Position numbers and translations under genes: made by a program. A stretch of 64,000 nucleotides of DNA. Source: Spirochaetia bacterium. GTDB lineage: Bacteria > Spirochaetota > Spirochaetia > SZUA-6 > Bin103. Positions 29,514 to 40,112 of the stretch are shown in pieces. The stretch spans positions 896,001 to 960,000 of the forward strand of contig CBDBOV010000004.1 in the NCBI GenBank assembly GCA_965208575.1, written 5' to 3'. Numbering within the stretch: position 1 is the stretch's first letter; each line of letters starts with the position of its first letter. Under the pieces are notes generated by a model. The model was not told the origin of the DNA. It searched no databases and saw only the letters and a list, made by a program, of their open reading frames with translations.

Positions 29514-30749
29514 ATGCAACAGAGCACTCGCCCGGCCCCGGCGCTGCCGCGGTGCCAGCCGGAACAGGTGGATCTTGCCGCGGACCTCGGCGACCGCCTC
29601 GCCGGCGCGGCGCGGCGCCTGGTCGGCGACCGGCAGCTTGCCGGCGCGGTGACGGCGGTGGCGCGCCACGGCAAGGTCGCGCACCTGCAGGCGCACGGCA
29701 TGCTCGATCTCGCGCGCGGCGCGCCGATGGCGGACGACGCCATCTTCCGCATCTACTCGATGACCAAGGCGGTCGGCGCCGTGGCGGCGCTGATGCTGTG
29801 CGAAGCGGGCAAGCTGGAACTGGATGCGCCGGCTGCCGATTACCTGCCGGCGCTGGGCCGGATGCGGGTCGCCCGCGAAGGCGGTGCCGACCGGGCAACG
29901 GTCGCGCCGCGGCGCGCCATGACGGTGCGCGACCTGTTGCGCCACACCTCCGGCCTGCCCGGCAACGTGGCGGTGAACGACCGCTTCCTGGACACCGGCC
30001 TGCCGCCGCTGGCCGAGTGCACGCTGGAGGAGATCGGCGATCGCCTCGACCGGGTTGCTCTGCTCTATCATCCCGGCAGCCGCTGGTATTACAGCGTCGC
30101 CGCCGACGTGGTGGGACGGCTGGTGGAGGTGGCGTCGGGGCAGACGTTCGACGAGTTCCTGGAGCAGCGCATCTTCGCGCCGCTGGGCATGGTCGACACC
30201 GGCTTCTTCTGCCCGCCGGAGAAGGCGGACCGGCTGGCGGAGATGTACGGACCCGACCCGGCCGGCGGCATCATGCCGGTGGCCGCGCCGCAGGGCGGCA
30301 CGGTGACCGGCTTCAGCTTTCGCGAACCGCCCCGCTTTCTCTCCTGCGGCGGCGGCCTGGTGTCCACCGGCCCGGACTACCTGCGCTTCTGCCTCATGCT
30401 CGCCGGCGGCGGGGCGCTCGGCGGCGTGCGGCTGCTGCAACCGGAGACCGTCGCGCGGATGACCCGCAACCAGCTCCCGGCCGCGCTGCTTCCGATCCGC
30501 AAGGCACCGCAGGAGCGCTACGACGGGCTGGGCTTCGGGCTCGGCTTCTCGGTGCGCGTCGAGCCGTCCGGCTTCGTGCCCGGCGCGGAGGTCGGTGAGT
30601 ACGGCTGGATCGGCGGCGCAAGCACCGAGTTCACGATCTCGCCCCGTTCCGGGCTGGTGATCATCACCCTGACGCAGTTCATGCCGTTTTCGCCGCTCAG
30701 CCGGACGGTGAAGACGATCGCCTACGACGCGCTCCGGGAGGACACGTAA
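29514..30749 (+). CDS. Serine hydrolase, beta-lactamase-related family
   Basis: FRIYSMTK (SxxK), LLRHTSGL, PGSRWYYS, IFAPLGM, GGGLVST, YGWIG. Confidence 0.9.
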   Translation: MQQSTRPAPALPRCQPEQVDLAADLGDRLAGAARRLVGDRQLAGAVTAVARHGKVAHLQAHGMLDLARGAPMADDAIFRIYSMTKAVGAVAALMLCEAGKLELDAPAADYLPALGRMRVAREGGADRATVAPRRAMTVRDLLRHTSGLPGNVAVNDRFLDTGLPPLAECTLEEIGDRLDRVALLYHPGSRWYYSVAADVVGRLVEVASGQTFDEFLEQRIFAPLGMVDTGFFCPPEKADRLAEMYGPDPAGGIMPVAAPQGGTVTGFSFREPPRFLSCGGGLVSTGPDYLRFCLMLAGGGALGGVRLLQPETVARMTRNQLPAALLPIRKAPQERYDGLGFGLGFSVRVEPSGFVPGAEVGEYGWIGGASTEFTISPRSGLVIITLTQFMPFSPLSRTVKTIAYDALREDT

Positions 30750-30751
30750 TC

Positions 30752-32290
30752 ATGGCGCGACGCCCCAACATCGTGCTGATCATGGCGGACGACCTCGGGT
30801 TCAGCGACCTCGGCTGCTACGGCAGCGAAATAGCCACCCCGAACCTCGACCGGCTGGCCGCCGGCGGCATGCGCTTCACCCACTTCTACAACAACGCCGT
30901 GTGCGTGGCCACGCGCGCATCGCTGCTCACCGGCCAGTACTGCCACCGGGTGGGCCAGGGGCTCGGCGCCCGGCTACGCGGCGGCGCCAACAACGTCACC
31001 TTCGCCGAACTGCTGCGCGACGCCGGCTACCGCACGCTGATGTCCGGCAAGTGGCACAACGGCGCCGACCGCGGCGAGCTGCCGGTCGATCGCGGCTTCG
31101 ACCGCTACTGGGGGCTGTTGTCCGGCGGCAGCAACTACTTCAACCCGGGCGTACGGCGGCCGGGCGAGCCGGAGCCGGTGCACAAGGCGCCCGGCAACTA
31201 CCGGCCGTGGGGGGAAGACCGGCGCGTCACCCACCCCTTCACGCCCGATGATCCCGACTTCTACATCACCGACTCTTTCTCGGACCGGGCGGTCTCCTTC
31301 CTGGACCGCTACGGGCACGACGAGCAGCCGTTCCTGCTCTACCTTGCCTACACCGCGCCGCACTTTCCCCTGCACGCTCCGGAAGCGGACATCGCCCGCT
31401 ACCAGGGCCGCTACCGGATCGGGTGGGACGAACTGCGCCGGCGCCGCTACGCGCGCTTGTGCGACCTCGGCCTGGTGGAGGAACGCTGGGGCATGTCGGA
31501 ACGCGACGAGGCGTGCGGCACCTGGGCCGAGGCGCCCGACAAGCCGCGCTGGGACCGCAAGATGGCGGTCTACGCGGCGATGGTGGACCGCATGGACCAG
31601 GGGATCGGGCGCGTGCTCGCCAAGATCCGGGCGCTCGGCAAGGAGCAGGACACCCTGGTGCTGTTTCTGTCCGACAACGGCGGCTGCGGCGAGCACATCG
31701 ACAACTCACCCGACCGCCCGCCGGGCACCGTCGATACCTACGCCACCGTCGACGCGCCCTGGGCCAACGCCAGCAACACGCCATTCCGGAAGTACAAGGT
31801 GTTCGACCACGAGGGCGGCATCGCCACCCCGCTCATCGCCCACTGGCCGGCGGTCATCGAACCGGGCGCCATCAGCCACGAGGTGGGTCACGTGATCGAC
31901 TTCCTGCCCACGTTCGCCGATCTGGCCGGCGCCGAATACCCTGACCACTACCGCGGCGGGCGCATCGCCCCCGCCGACGGCATCAGCCTGGCGCCGCTGC
32001 TGCGCGGCGAACCGCGCGGCGCGCACCCGTACCTGTGCTGGGAGCTGGAAGGCTGCCGGGCGGTGCGCCGGGGACGCTGGAAGGCCGTGAGCATGGGACC
32101 GCCGCGCCAATACGCCGGCCACCGGTTCCCACCCGGCCACGAGGGCTGGGAGCTGTACGACATGGACCTGGACCGCTGCGAAACCAACGACCTGGCCTCC
32201 GGATATCCGCAACTGGTGCAGGAGCTGGACGCCCTGTGGCGCCGCTGGTACGACGCCTGCCGGCGCGAACAGCGCCGTGCGGCGCCGTGA
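30752..32290 (+). CDS. Arylsulfatase
   Basis: NIVLIMADDLG, CVATRASLLTG, GKWH, YTAPHFPL, SDNG. Confidence 0.92.
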   Translation: MARRPNIVLIMADDLGFSDLGCYGSEIATPNLDRLAAGGMRFTHFYNNAVCVATRASLLTGQYCHRVGQGLGARLRGGANNVTFAELLRDAGYRTLMSGKWHNGADRGELPVDRGFDRYWGLLSGGSNYFNPGVRRPGEPEPVHKAPGNYRPWGEDRRVTHPFTPDDPDFYITDSFSDRAVSFLDRYGHDEQPFLLYLAYTAPHFPLHAPEADIARYQGRYRIGWDELRRRRYARLCDLGLVEERWGMSERDEACGTWAEAPDKPRWDRKMAVYAAMVDRMDQGIGRVLAKIRALGKEQDTLVLFLSDNGGCGEHIDNSPDRPPGTVDTYATVDAPWANASNTPFRKYKVFDHEGGIATPLIAHWPAVIEPGAISHEVGHVIDFLPTFADLAGAEYPDHYRGGRIAPADGISLAPLLRGEPRGAHPYLCWELEGCRAVRRGRWKAVSMGPPRQYAGHRFPPGHEGWELYDMDLDRCETNDLASGYPQLVQELDALWRRWYDACRREQRRAAP

Positions 32291-32502
32291 CGGTCGGCGG
32301 TTCGCCGGACAACCGCCGGCAGCGGGCCGGTACCGGATCATGAAACGACAGCGCCCAATCGGCAGCCGGCCGGCGGCCCGGCAGGCGGTCCGGCAGGTTT
32401 GCACGTCGAACCTGCGCCAGCAATCGTGATTCGCGCGCGGCCGCCGCACGCGGCGCCGCAGGGGTTGTTTTCGTGCGCCCGCATGGTGATCTTTGGTGCC
32501 GC

Positions 32503-32961
32503 ATGCGCAAAGTGCTGTCGTACGTGCTCACGCTGGTCAACTTCGGCGGTTTCCTGTTGGTGTTCGTGGTGACCCGCGACCTGTACCGCACGCTGTTCGC
32601 GGTGCTGTACGGCGTGGCCACGTCGCGCGACATGAGCGCGTTCCAGGTGTCGGCCGCCCTGCGTACGTTCGACATGGTCGGCATGTTCGTGATGGGTCTT
32701 GCCGCGATCGTGCTGGTCATCGTGATCCAATCGACGTACGAGGGGGCACGCGATGGTGTCCAGCTCGGCGCGCGCTTCGCCACCGTGAGCGGCCTGCAGG
32801 TAGCGTGGGTCGGTACCACCCGGGTCCTGGTATGGCTGCTGCCGGTGGGCGTGCACAACATGGGCCTGGACGGCTACGCGCTGATTCCCCTGGCGGCTGG
32901 CGGCGCGGCCATCGCGGTTGGTATACTGCTGCGGCGGCGCACTTCCGCGCCGCGATCCTGA
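32503..32961 (+). CDS. Hypothetical 4-TM membrane protein, first gene of the ABC operon
   Basis: Hydrophobic ORF with host-like codon usage ending 3 nt before the next ATG. Confidence 0.7.
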   Translation: MRKVLSYVLTLVNFGGFLLVFVVTRDLYRTLFAVLYGVATSRDMSAFQVSAALRTFDMVGMFVMGLAAIVLVIVIQSTYEGARDGVQLGARFATVSGLQVAWVGTTRVLVWLLPVGVHNMGLDGYALIPLAAGGAAIAVGILLRRRTSAPRS

Positions 32962-32964
32962 TTC

Positions 32965-33663
32965 ATGCCATCGACATCACCGATCATTCGAGCGTCCCAG
33001 GTGTCCCGTGAGTTCGTGCTCGGCCAGGAACGCGTGCAGGCCGTGCGCCAGGTGGACATGGAACTCGCGCCCGGCCGCCTGGCGCTGATCCGCGGCAAGT
33101 CGGGTTCCGGCAAGACGACGCTGCTGAACATCCTCGGCGGCCTTGACCGGCCTACCACCGGCGTCGTGTTCTACCACGAGCGCGACCTGCACATTTTTTC
33201 GGAGCGCGAGATGACCCGTTGGCGGCGCACCAGCGCCGCGTTCGTTTTCCAGGCGTTCGCACTCATCCCCGGCCTGACCGCCGCCGAGAACGTCGACGTG
33301 CCGCTGCGCATCGCCGGTATCAGTCCGCGCGACGCCGGAAAGCGCGCGCTGCAGTACCTGGACATGGTGGGGCTGGCGCCGCGCGCGCACCACCGTATCT
33401 ACGAGTTGAGCGGTGGCGAGCAGCAGCGCGTGGCGGTGGCGCGGGCCCTGGTCAAGGAGCCGGAGGTGCTGCTCGCCGACGAGCCCACCGGCGAGCTGGA
33501 CCAGATCACCGGCCATCGCGTGCTCGCGCTGCTGCGCAGCCTGGCCCACGAACGCGGCATCGCCATCTGCCTGACCAGTCACGATCCATCCGCGTCCGAC
33601 TTCGCCGACGAGGTGTACTCCATGAAGGACGGCCAGCTCAGCGCCGGACGGAGTGCCGCGTAG
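32965..33663 (+). CDS. MacB/LolD-type ABC ATPase
   Basis: [33 protein letters not shown]. Confidence 0.92.
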   Translation: MPSTSPIIRASQVSREFVLGQERVQAVRQVDMELAPGRLALIRGKSGSGKTTLLNILGGLDRPTTGVVFYHERDLHIFSEREMTRWRRTSAAFVFQAFALIPGLTAAENVDVPLRIAGISPRDAGKRALQYLDMVGLAPRAHHRIYELSGGEQQRVAVARALVKEPEVLLADEPTGELDQITGHRVLALLRSLAHERGIAICLTSHDPSASDFADEVYSMKDGQLSAGRSAA

Positions 33664-34700
33664 TGGCGCCGGAACCGATCCGCACGCGGCGCCGCTGCCT
33701 GCCCGCGGCCGCGCTGGCGGCCGCGCTGGCGGCGGCCATGCTGCTGGGCGCCTGCGACGCCCTCCCCGACGATGACGAGGATCTGCCGCGCGAGTTGCCG
33801 CCCATTCCGTTGCGCTCGCGGGCGGTTACCTATCCGGTCGAGCAGATCGACCTGGCGGTCGAGGTACGCGGCACCGCCGTGGTAACGCCGACGCGCGAGG
33901 TGGAGCTGTACTTTCGCGAACCGGGCAGGCTGACCGTGCTCAACACGTCGGTGCGCGACGAGGTGCGGGCCAACCAGGTGCTGGCCCGGCTGGAGAGCGC
34001 CGACCTGGAACAGGAATTGCGCCTCGCGGAGATGGACCTGGAGATCGCCCGGCTTCGGCACCAGGCGATGGTGGCCGGCAATCTGACGCGCACGGAGCGG
34101 GCCATCAACGAGCTGGAACTGTCCAAGCAGGAGATCCGCACCGAGTATTTGCGCGACCGCGTGGACGCCTACGTGATCCGCTCACCCTACAACGGCGTGG
34201 TCAAGACCGTGCGCGGCAAGGTGGGAGAACTGGTCCAGGAGTACAAGACGATCATCGAAGTGTCCGACCCCACCGAACTGGAACTGCAGATGCGGGTCAA
34301 CATCGATGAATTCGAACGCGTCATTCCCGGACAGCCGGTGCTGATCGAGGTCAGCCGCGGTTCCTGGTCGCCCGGCGAGGTGGTCGCGGTGAGCAGCCGC
34401 AACCAGGCCACCGATCCCACCCTGCGTCGAGACGAGTACATCGCCCACCTCGCGCTCGAGGACTCCTCCATCGAGCTGCGCGCCCAGGCGCGCCTTACCG
34501 CCCGCATCATCGTGGAGAACCGGCCGCAGACACTGGTGATACCGGCTGCCGGACTGCGCGAGTTCCGGGAGCGCACCTACGTGCGCGTAGTGGAAGGCGA
34601 GCGGCGCCGCGAAGTCGACGTGCGCGTCGGCATCCGCACCGACACCCAGGTAGAGATCCTCACCGGTCTGGAGCCCGGCCAACTGGTAGTCGGCAAGTGA
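33663..34700 (+). CDS. Periplasmic adaptor (MFP) lipoprotein
   Basis: Lipobox LLGAC; hairpin coiled coil; IRSPYNGVV; C-terminal V.VGIRTD..VEILTGLEPG. Confidence 0.85.
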   Translation: MAPEPIRTRRRCLPAAALAAALAAAMLLGACDALPDDDEDLPRELPPIPLRSRAVTYPVEQIDLAVEVRGTAVVTPTREVELYFREPGRLTVLNTSVRDEVRANQVLARLESADLEQELRLAEMDLEIARLRHQAMVAGNLTRTERAINELELSKQEIRTEYLRDRVDAYVIRSPYNGVVKTVRGKVGELVQEYKTIIEVSDPTELELQMRVNIDEFERVIPGQPVLIEVSRGSWSPGEVVAVSSRNQATDPTLRRDEYIAHLALEDSSIELRAQARLTARIIVENRPQTLVIPAAGLREFRERTYVRVVEGERRREVDVRVGIRTDTQVEILTGLEPGQLVVGK

Positions 34701-37700
34701 GCGACGCCGGCGGCGGTTACGAAAGCGGCACTCCTCCCGCTCCGGCAGCCGCCCCTTCGCTGAGCTACGGGCGAGTCGGGTCGCGCCGCGAACGCGGACT
34801 CGCGCCTTCCGTGGTGGTCCTCTATCCGCTCACCGTCCTGTGGATCACGCTGCAGCGGATGGCCCGCAACTGGCGCCTGCTCGGCGCGCTGCTCGCCGGC
34901 CTGGTGCTGGTGGCGGGGCTCGCGGCCGCCGTGCCGATCTACACCGCCGCCGGCCTGCAGCGCAGCTTCATCCAGCATTGGCGCCAGCAGGACGAGTTCC
35001 GCCCACCGTTCGCGGTGATCGTGGCGCACCGCAACAGCCGGCGCAAGGAACCGGTGACCGCCGAGCAGCTCACCCGGCTGCAGCGCTACCTGGACGGCGA
35101 CCTGCAAGGCCGGATCGGCCATCCCGCCATCGCCACCTCGTTCTACGGCAGCTTCGGCAGCGACTTCGTGCTGCTGAACACCGAAGCCGATCCCTCCGGG
35201 CGCGCGACGCGGGCCGAGATGTCCTTCATGAGCAACCTGGCGGAGCACGCCGACGTCGCGGTCGGACGCTGGTACGAGGCGCGCGACGACGGCGTGGTCG
35301 AGGTGGTGGCCGACGAGAAGACGCTCGACGACCTGGAGCTGATCGTCGGCGGCCGCTACGTGTGGGCATACCAGATGCTGCCGAACGAGGAGATCGCCGA
35401 TCTGCCGGTGGAGACCTACCAGCGCCAGCGTTTTGCCCTGACGCCGATCGAAGTCGTAGGCATGTTCTCGCCGCAGACCGGGGTGACCACGCGCGAGTGG
35501 GTGTATCCCCCGTTGCCGGGACGGCTGTTCATGCCGCCGGAAGAGTTCGCGCGCATGCAGCGCGCCGGCCTGCGCACCTCCACCTACGACCTGCAGTGGG
35601 TGTTCGACGACCGCCTGATTCGGGTCGACCAGGTCGGCGCGCTGATTGCCGACCTCACCGCGGTGGAGGAGCGTGCGGCGCAGATCGCGCCCGGCACCAG
35701 GTACTGGCTGGTGCCGGTGGAGTTCTTCGGCAAGTTCAAGGCCACGCTCGACCAGGTAGCGCTGTTCCTGTTCTCCCTGGCCGCCCCCACCATCGGCATG
35801 ATCCTGGTGTACGTGATGCTGATCGCCGCGCTGGCGGTCGAGCGCCGGGTCACCGAGATCTCGGTGCTGCACAGCCGCGGCGCCGGGCGCATGCAGGTGC
35901 TGGCCAGTTTCGCATTGGAGTGGCTGATCCTGGCCGCGGTGGCCGCCCTGGTCGGCCCCTACCTTGGGGTGGCCATCGGCCGCCTGGTCGGCAACGTGCA
36001 GGGCTTCCTCGATTTCAGCGCCGGCGGCGCGGCGGCCGCGGCCGCCGCGGAGGCCGCCGCGCCGGTAGAAGCGGCCGCGGGAGCTGACCCGGCGCCGCTC
36101 GCACCGTCCGCGGAACGGCAGTTGCCGGTAGCGGTCACCGAGCAGTCGCAGCGGTTTGCGCTGCTGGCCACCGCGGTGGCGGTGCTGGCGGCGGTGGCGC
36201 CGGTCATTGCCAGCTCCCGGTTCTCGGTGGTCACCCTGCGCCAGGTGCAGGCGCGCGGCATGCGGCGCTCGTTCTGGCACCGCTACTTTCTCGACCTGAT
36301 CCTGCTCGGGCTCGCCTTCTACGGCTACAGCGCCCTGCGCTGGCAGGAGGTGCGCCTCGCTACCGAGGCCACGGTGGACGCCGACCCGATCCTGTTCCTG
36401 GTGCCGGTAGCGTTCTTCATCGGCACCGGACTGGTGGCGCTGCGCCTGTATCCGTTCGCCATGGCCGGCCTCGGCTGGCTGAGCAACCGGTTCCGCGGCA
36501 TCGTGCTGCAGCTCACCTTCCGCCGCCTGAGCCGCAGTTCCGGGCAGTACGTGTCGCTGCTGGTGCTGCTCATCCTCACCGTCGCCATGGGCATCTACAA
36601 CGGTTCGGCGGCGCGCACGCTGCTGGTCAACTTCGAGGATCGCGTGCGTTACATGAACGGCGCCGAGCTGGTCATTCGCGAGGCGTGGGAGTCGCCCGAG
36701 GAGCAGCAGGCGGCCGGGATGGCCGGGGCGGTGCAGCCCACCTCCTACGACCAGCCGCGGGCGCCCGCGGCCGCCGAGCCGCCGTTCTTCAAGCGCCTGG
36801 AGATCGAGGGCGTGGAAGCCGCGGCACGGGTGCTGGTGCGGCGCGCCGAGGCGCGCAATGCCTCCCTGCACGCCGGCTCGGTTACCATGATGGCAATCGT
36901 GCCGCATGAATTCGCGCCCGTCGCGTGGGCGCGGCCCGACCTGTTCAACCCGCATTTCTACGACTACCTGACGCAGTTGAGCAACCATCGCCAGGGCGCG
37001 CTGGTGAGCGCCGAACTGAAGCGCCGCGGCAACCTGGAGCCGGGCGATCCGCTCACCATCAACTACAACAATCAGCGCATCGACGCCTACGTGGTGGGCG
37101 TGGTCCCGTACTGGCCGTCGCTCAACCCCGAACACCGGCCGTTCGTCGTCATGAACCTGGACCACGTGCAGGAGTTCACGGCACTCGAACCGTACGACTC
37201 GTGGTACGACATCACGGGTCCGGAGGCGATTCCGCACATCGTGCAACGGCTGGTCTCGATCGGGGTGTGGGAGTGGAAGCGGCTGGACACCGAACAGATC
37301 CTGCGCGACCTGCACCGCGAGCCCTATAGGCGCGGATTCTTCGGAATCCTCACCATCGGCTTTCTGGCCGCGGCCGCGGTGGCGGTGCTGGCGTTCGTGG
37401 TGTACACCATCTATTCGACCCGCCAACGGCTCATCCAGTTCGGCGCGCTGCGCGCCAACGGCCTGTCGCTGATACAGACGCTTGGCGTGGTGGGCCTGGA
37501 ACAGCTCCTGACCGTCGGCATCGGCCTGGCGATCGGCATCGCCGGGGGCAACGCCGCCACCACCCTGTTCCTGCCGTTCCTGCGCGACCGCGCCAGCGAG
37601 GTGCAGCCGGTGCCGCCGTTCGTGATCGTTACCGATCTCGACGACCTGACGCGGATGGTGGCGATTGTCGGAGCGGCGTTCGTGTTCGCCGTGGCCGCCC

Positions 37701-37762
37701 TGGCGCTGTTCCTGGTGCGCGCACGGCTGGCGAGCGCACTGCGGCTCGGCGAGGAGGCCTAG
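34697..37762 (+). CDS. Large double-FtsX ABC permease
   Basis: Two FtsX motifs (ERRVTEISVLHSRGA and QRLIQFGALRANGL) with large periplasmic domains. Confidence 0.9.
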   Translation: MSDAGGGYESGTPPAPAAAPSLSYGRVGSRRERGLAPSVVVLYPLTVLWITLQRMARNWRLLGALLAGLVLVAGLAAAVPIYTAAGLQRSFIQHWRQQDEFRPPFAVIVAHRNSRRKEPVTAEQLTRLQRYLDGDLQGRIGHPAIATSFYGSFGSDFVLLNTEADPSGRATRAEMSFMSNLAEHADVAVGRWYEARDDGVVEVVADEKTLDDLELIVGGRYVWAYQMLPNEEIADLPVETYQRQRFALTPIEVVGMFSPQTGVTTREWVYPPLPGRLFMPPEEFARMQRAGLRTSTYDLQWVFDDRLIRVDQVGALIADLTAVEERAAQIAPGTRYWLVPVEFFGKFKATLDQVALFLFSLAAPTIGMILVYVMLIAALAVERRVTEISVLHSRGAGRMQVLASFALEWLILAAVAALVGPYLGVAIGRLVGNVQGFLDFSAGGAAAAAAAEAAAPVEAAAGADPAPLAPSAERQLPVAVTEQSQRFALLATAVAVLAAVAPVIASSRFSVVTLRQVQARGMRRSFWHRYFLDLILLGLAFYGYSALRWQEVRLATEATVDADPILFLVPVAFFIGTGLVALRLYPFAMAGLGWLSNRFRGIVLQLTFRRLSRSSGQYVSLLVLLILTVAMGIYNGSAARTLLVNFEDRVRYMNGAELVIREAWESPEEQQAAGMAGAVQPTSYDQPRAPAAAEPPFFKRLEIEGVEAAARVLVRRAEARNASLHAGSVTMMAIVPHEFAPVAWARPDLFNPHFYDYLTQLSNHRQGALVSAELKRRGNLEPGDPLTINYNNQRIDAYVVGVVPYWPSLNPEHRPFVVMNLDHVQEFTALEPYDSWYDITGPEAIPHIVQRLVSIGVWEWKRLDTEQILRDLHREPYRRGFFGILTIGFLAAAAVAVLAFVVYTIYSTRQRLIQFGALRANGLSLIQTLGVVGLEQLLTVGIGLAIGIAGGNAATTLFLPFLRDRASEVQPVPPFVIVTDLDDLTRMVAIVGAAFVFAVAALALFLVRARLASALRLGEEA

Positions 37763-37768
37763 CGGCTG

Positions 37769-38728
37769 GTGGCGGGAGACGAATTCATTCGCTGCGAAGG
37801 GCTGGTCAAGATCTACAAGATCGAGGACGTCGAGGTGGTGGCGCTGCAGGGGCTGGACCTGACCATCCGGCGCGGCGAGGTGATGGGCATCATCGGACCG
37901 AGCGGCAGCGGCAAGACCACGCTGATGAACGTCCTCGGCGGACTCGATGCGCCGTCGGCCGGCAAGGCGGTGGTGGACGGCACCGACCTGATCCGCATAT
38001 CCGACCGGCAGCGGCTGCGCTACCGGCGCCGCACCGTCGGCTTCGTGTGGCAGAACGTGAGCCGCAACCTGATTCCCTACCTGACCGCGACCGAGAACGT
38101 GCAACTGCCGATGATCCTGTCCGGCCGCTTCGATCACCGGCGCGCGGAGCGGCTGTTGCGCCTGGTCGGCCTCGGCCACCGCCTGCGCCACCGCCCCGTG
38201 ACCATGTCGGGCGGCGAGCAGCAGCGGGTGGCAATCGCCATCGCGCTGGCCAACCGGCCGCCGGTGCTGCTCGCCGACGAGCCCACCGGATCGCTGGACA
38301 CCGAGAACACGATCCGGCTGCTGGAGGTGTTCGACACGGTGCGCCGCGAACTGGGCGTGACCGTGGTGATCGTCACCCACGACACGTCGATGGCGCGCGC
38401 GCTCGACCGCTACGTGCAGATTCGCGACGGCAAGACCAGCACCGAGTCGATCCGCCGCGCGGCGGTCACCTACACCGAGCAGGGCACCGCCGAGGCGATC
38501 GCCGCGCTGCAGAGCGCCACCAGCGGCGCAGCGGCCGGTGCCGAGGATGGCGGCGACGATCACGCCGAAACGGCGGACGAGGCGAGCCACGAGCACTTTA
38601 CCCTGCTCGACTCCGCCGGCCGGCTGCAGATCCCGGCCGACATGCGCGACGAGTATCGCATCGGCGGGCGCGTGAAGCTGGTAGAGGAAGATGGCCGCAT
38701 CCTCATCGTGCCCGGCGAGGAGCAGTAG
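37769..38728 (+). CDS. MacB-type ABC ATPase with a C-terminal AbrB/SpoVT-like domain
   Basis: GPSGSGKTT, MSGGEQQR, ADEPTG; tail LLDSAGRLQIPADMRDEYRIGGRVKLVEEDGRILIVP. Confidence 0.88.
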   Translation: MAGDEFIRCEGLVKIYKIEDVEVVALQGLDLTIRRGEVMGIIGPSGSGKTTLMNVLGGLDAPSAGKAVVDGTDLIRISDRQRLRYRRRTVGFVWQNVSRNLIPYLTATENVQLPMILSGRFDHRRAERLLRLVGLGHRLRHRPVTMSGGEQQRVAIAIALANRPPVLLADEPTGSLDTENTIRLLEVFDTVRRELGVTVVIVTHDTSMARALDRYVQIRDGKTSTESIRRAAVTYTEQGTAEAIAALQSATSGAAAGAEDGGDDHAETADEASHEHFTLLDSAGRLQIPADMRDEYRIGGRVKLVEEDGRILIVPGEEQ

Positions 38729-38744
38729 CCGCCGGGGGCGCGCC

Positions 38745-40112
38745 ATGGCCAGGTTTCCCGACGACTTCCTGTGGGGCGCCGCCACCTCCGCCTGCCAGAT
38801 CGAAGGCGGCGCCTGCGAGGGCGGCCGCGGCGACTCGATCTGGGACGTGTTCGCGCGCCGGCCGGGCAGGGTTGCCGACGGCGCCAGCCCCGCCGCCGCC
38901 TGCGGCCACTTTCGCCGCTACCGCGAAGACGCGGCCCTGATGGCGCGTCTCGGGATCGGCGCGTACCGCTTCTCGGTCGCCTGGCCGCGGGTGTTCCCGC
39001 GCGGTCATGGCGCCGTAAACCGCGCCGGACTCGATTTCTACGACAGCCTGACCGACACGCTCCTGGAACACGCCATCACCCCGTTGGCAACCCTCTACCA
39101 CTGGGACCTGCCGCAGGGCATGCAGGAGCGCGGCGGCTGGCCGGTGCGCGACACCGCCCGCTACTTCGCCGACTTCACGGAACAGGTGGTGCGGCGCCTC
39201 GGCGACCGGGTGGCGCTGTGGGCTACCCTCAACGAACCGCACTCCGCAGCCCACCTGGGGCATGAGCACGGCGTGCATGCGCCGGGGCTGCGCGGCCTCG
39301 ACACCGCCCTGCAGGCGGCCCACCACCTGCTGCTGGCGCACGGCCTGGCGGTGGAGGTGCTGCGCGACCTGGCGCCGCGGGCGCGCATCGGCATCGCCCT
39401 GAACGTGGCGCCGGTGCACCCGGCCGGCGACGGCGATGCGGACGGCGCCGCCGCCGAGCGTGCCGACGGCTACCTGAACCGCTGGTACCTCGATCCGCTG
39501 TTGCGCGGCGCCTACCCCGCGGACCTGACCGATGCCTACCGGGAATTGGGCCTGCTGCCCACGGTGCACGAGTACGACCTCGCCGCCATCTCCGCCCCGC
39601 TCGACTTCATCGGCGTCAACTACTACTTCCGGTGGCTGGTGGCGGCGGACCGGCCTGAGCGCGCGGGTCTGCGCCAGCGCGAGCTGGGGTTTCGCGTCCT
39701 GGACGGCGGCGGCGCGGGATCGGTGGAGCGCACCGCCATGGGCTGGGAAGTGTATCCGGACGGGTTGGCCGAGGTGCTGTTGAGATTGGCGCGCGAGTAC
39801 GCACCCGCCGCCATCTACATCACCGAGAACGGCGCCGCCTACGACGACGACCCCGGGGCCGAAGGCGATTACGACGACGGAGCCCGTCGAGCCTACCTGC
39901 ACGCTCACCTGGAAGCCGCCGGCGCGGCGGTCGCGGCGGGAGCACCGGTGGCCGGCTACTTCGTGTGGTCGCTGCTCGACAACTTCGAGTGGCAGCACGG
40001 CTACCGCAAGCGCTTCGGGCTGGTGCACGTCGACTTCCGCACCGGCGCGCGCACGCCGCGGCGCAGCGCATACTGGTACCGCGACGTGATCGCGGCCGGC
40101 GGCACGTCGTGA
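38745..40112 (+). CDS. GH1 beta-glucosidase
   Basis: FPDDFLWGAATS, YHWDLP, TLNEP (acid/base), ITENG (nucleophile), WSLLDNFEW. Confidence 0.95.
   Translation: MARFPDDFLWGAATSACQIEGGACEGGRGDSIWDVFARRPGRVADGASPAAACGHFRRYREDAALMARLGIGAYRFSVAWPRVFPRGHGAVNRAGLDFYDSLTDTLLEHAITPLATLYHWDLPQGMQERGGWPVRDTARYFADFTEQVVRRLGDRVALWATLNEPHSAAHLGHEHGVHAPGLRGLDTALQAAHHLLLAHGLAVEVLRDLAPRARIGIALNVAPVHPAGDGDADGAAAERADGYLNRWYLDPLLRGAYPADLTDAYRELGLLPTVHEYDLAAISAPLDFIGVNYYFRWLVAADRPERAGLRQRELGFRVLDGGGAGSVERTAMGWEVYPDGLAEVLLRLAREYAPAAIYITENGAAYDDDPGAEGDYDDGARRAYLHAHLEAAGAAVAAGAPVAGYFVWSLLDNFEWQHGYRKRFGLVHVDFRTGARTPRRSAYWYRDVIAAGGTS

Noticed and set aside
29514-30749. Beta-lactam resistance gene
   Set aside because: No signal peptide and motifs of the esterase-like serine hydrolase group; no evidence of lactamase activity
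38745-40112. GH1 substitutions (SACQIEG, ACGHF) as a sign of inactivation
   Set aside because: The catalytic NEP and ENG glutamates and the substrate-binding motifs are intact
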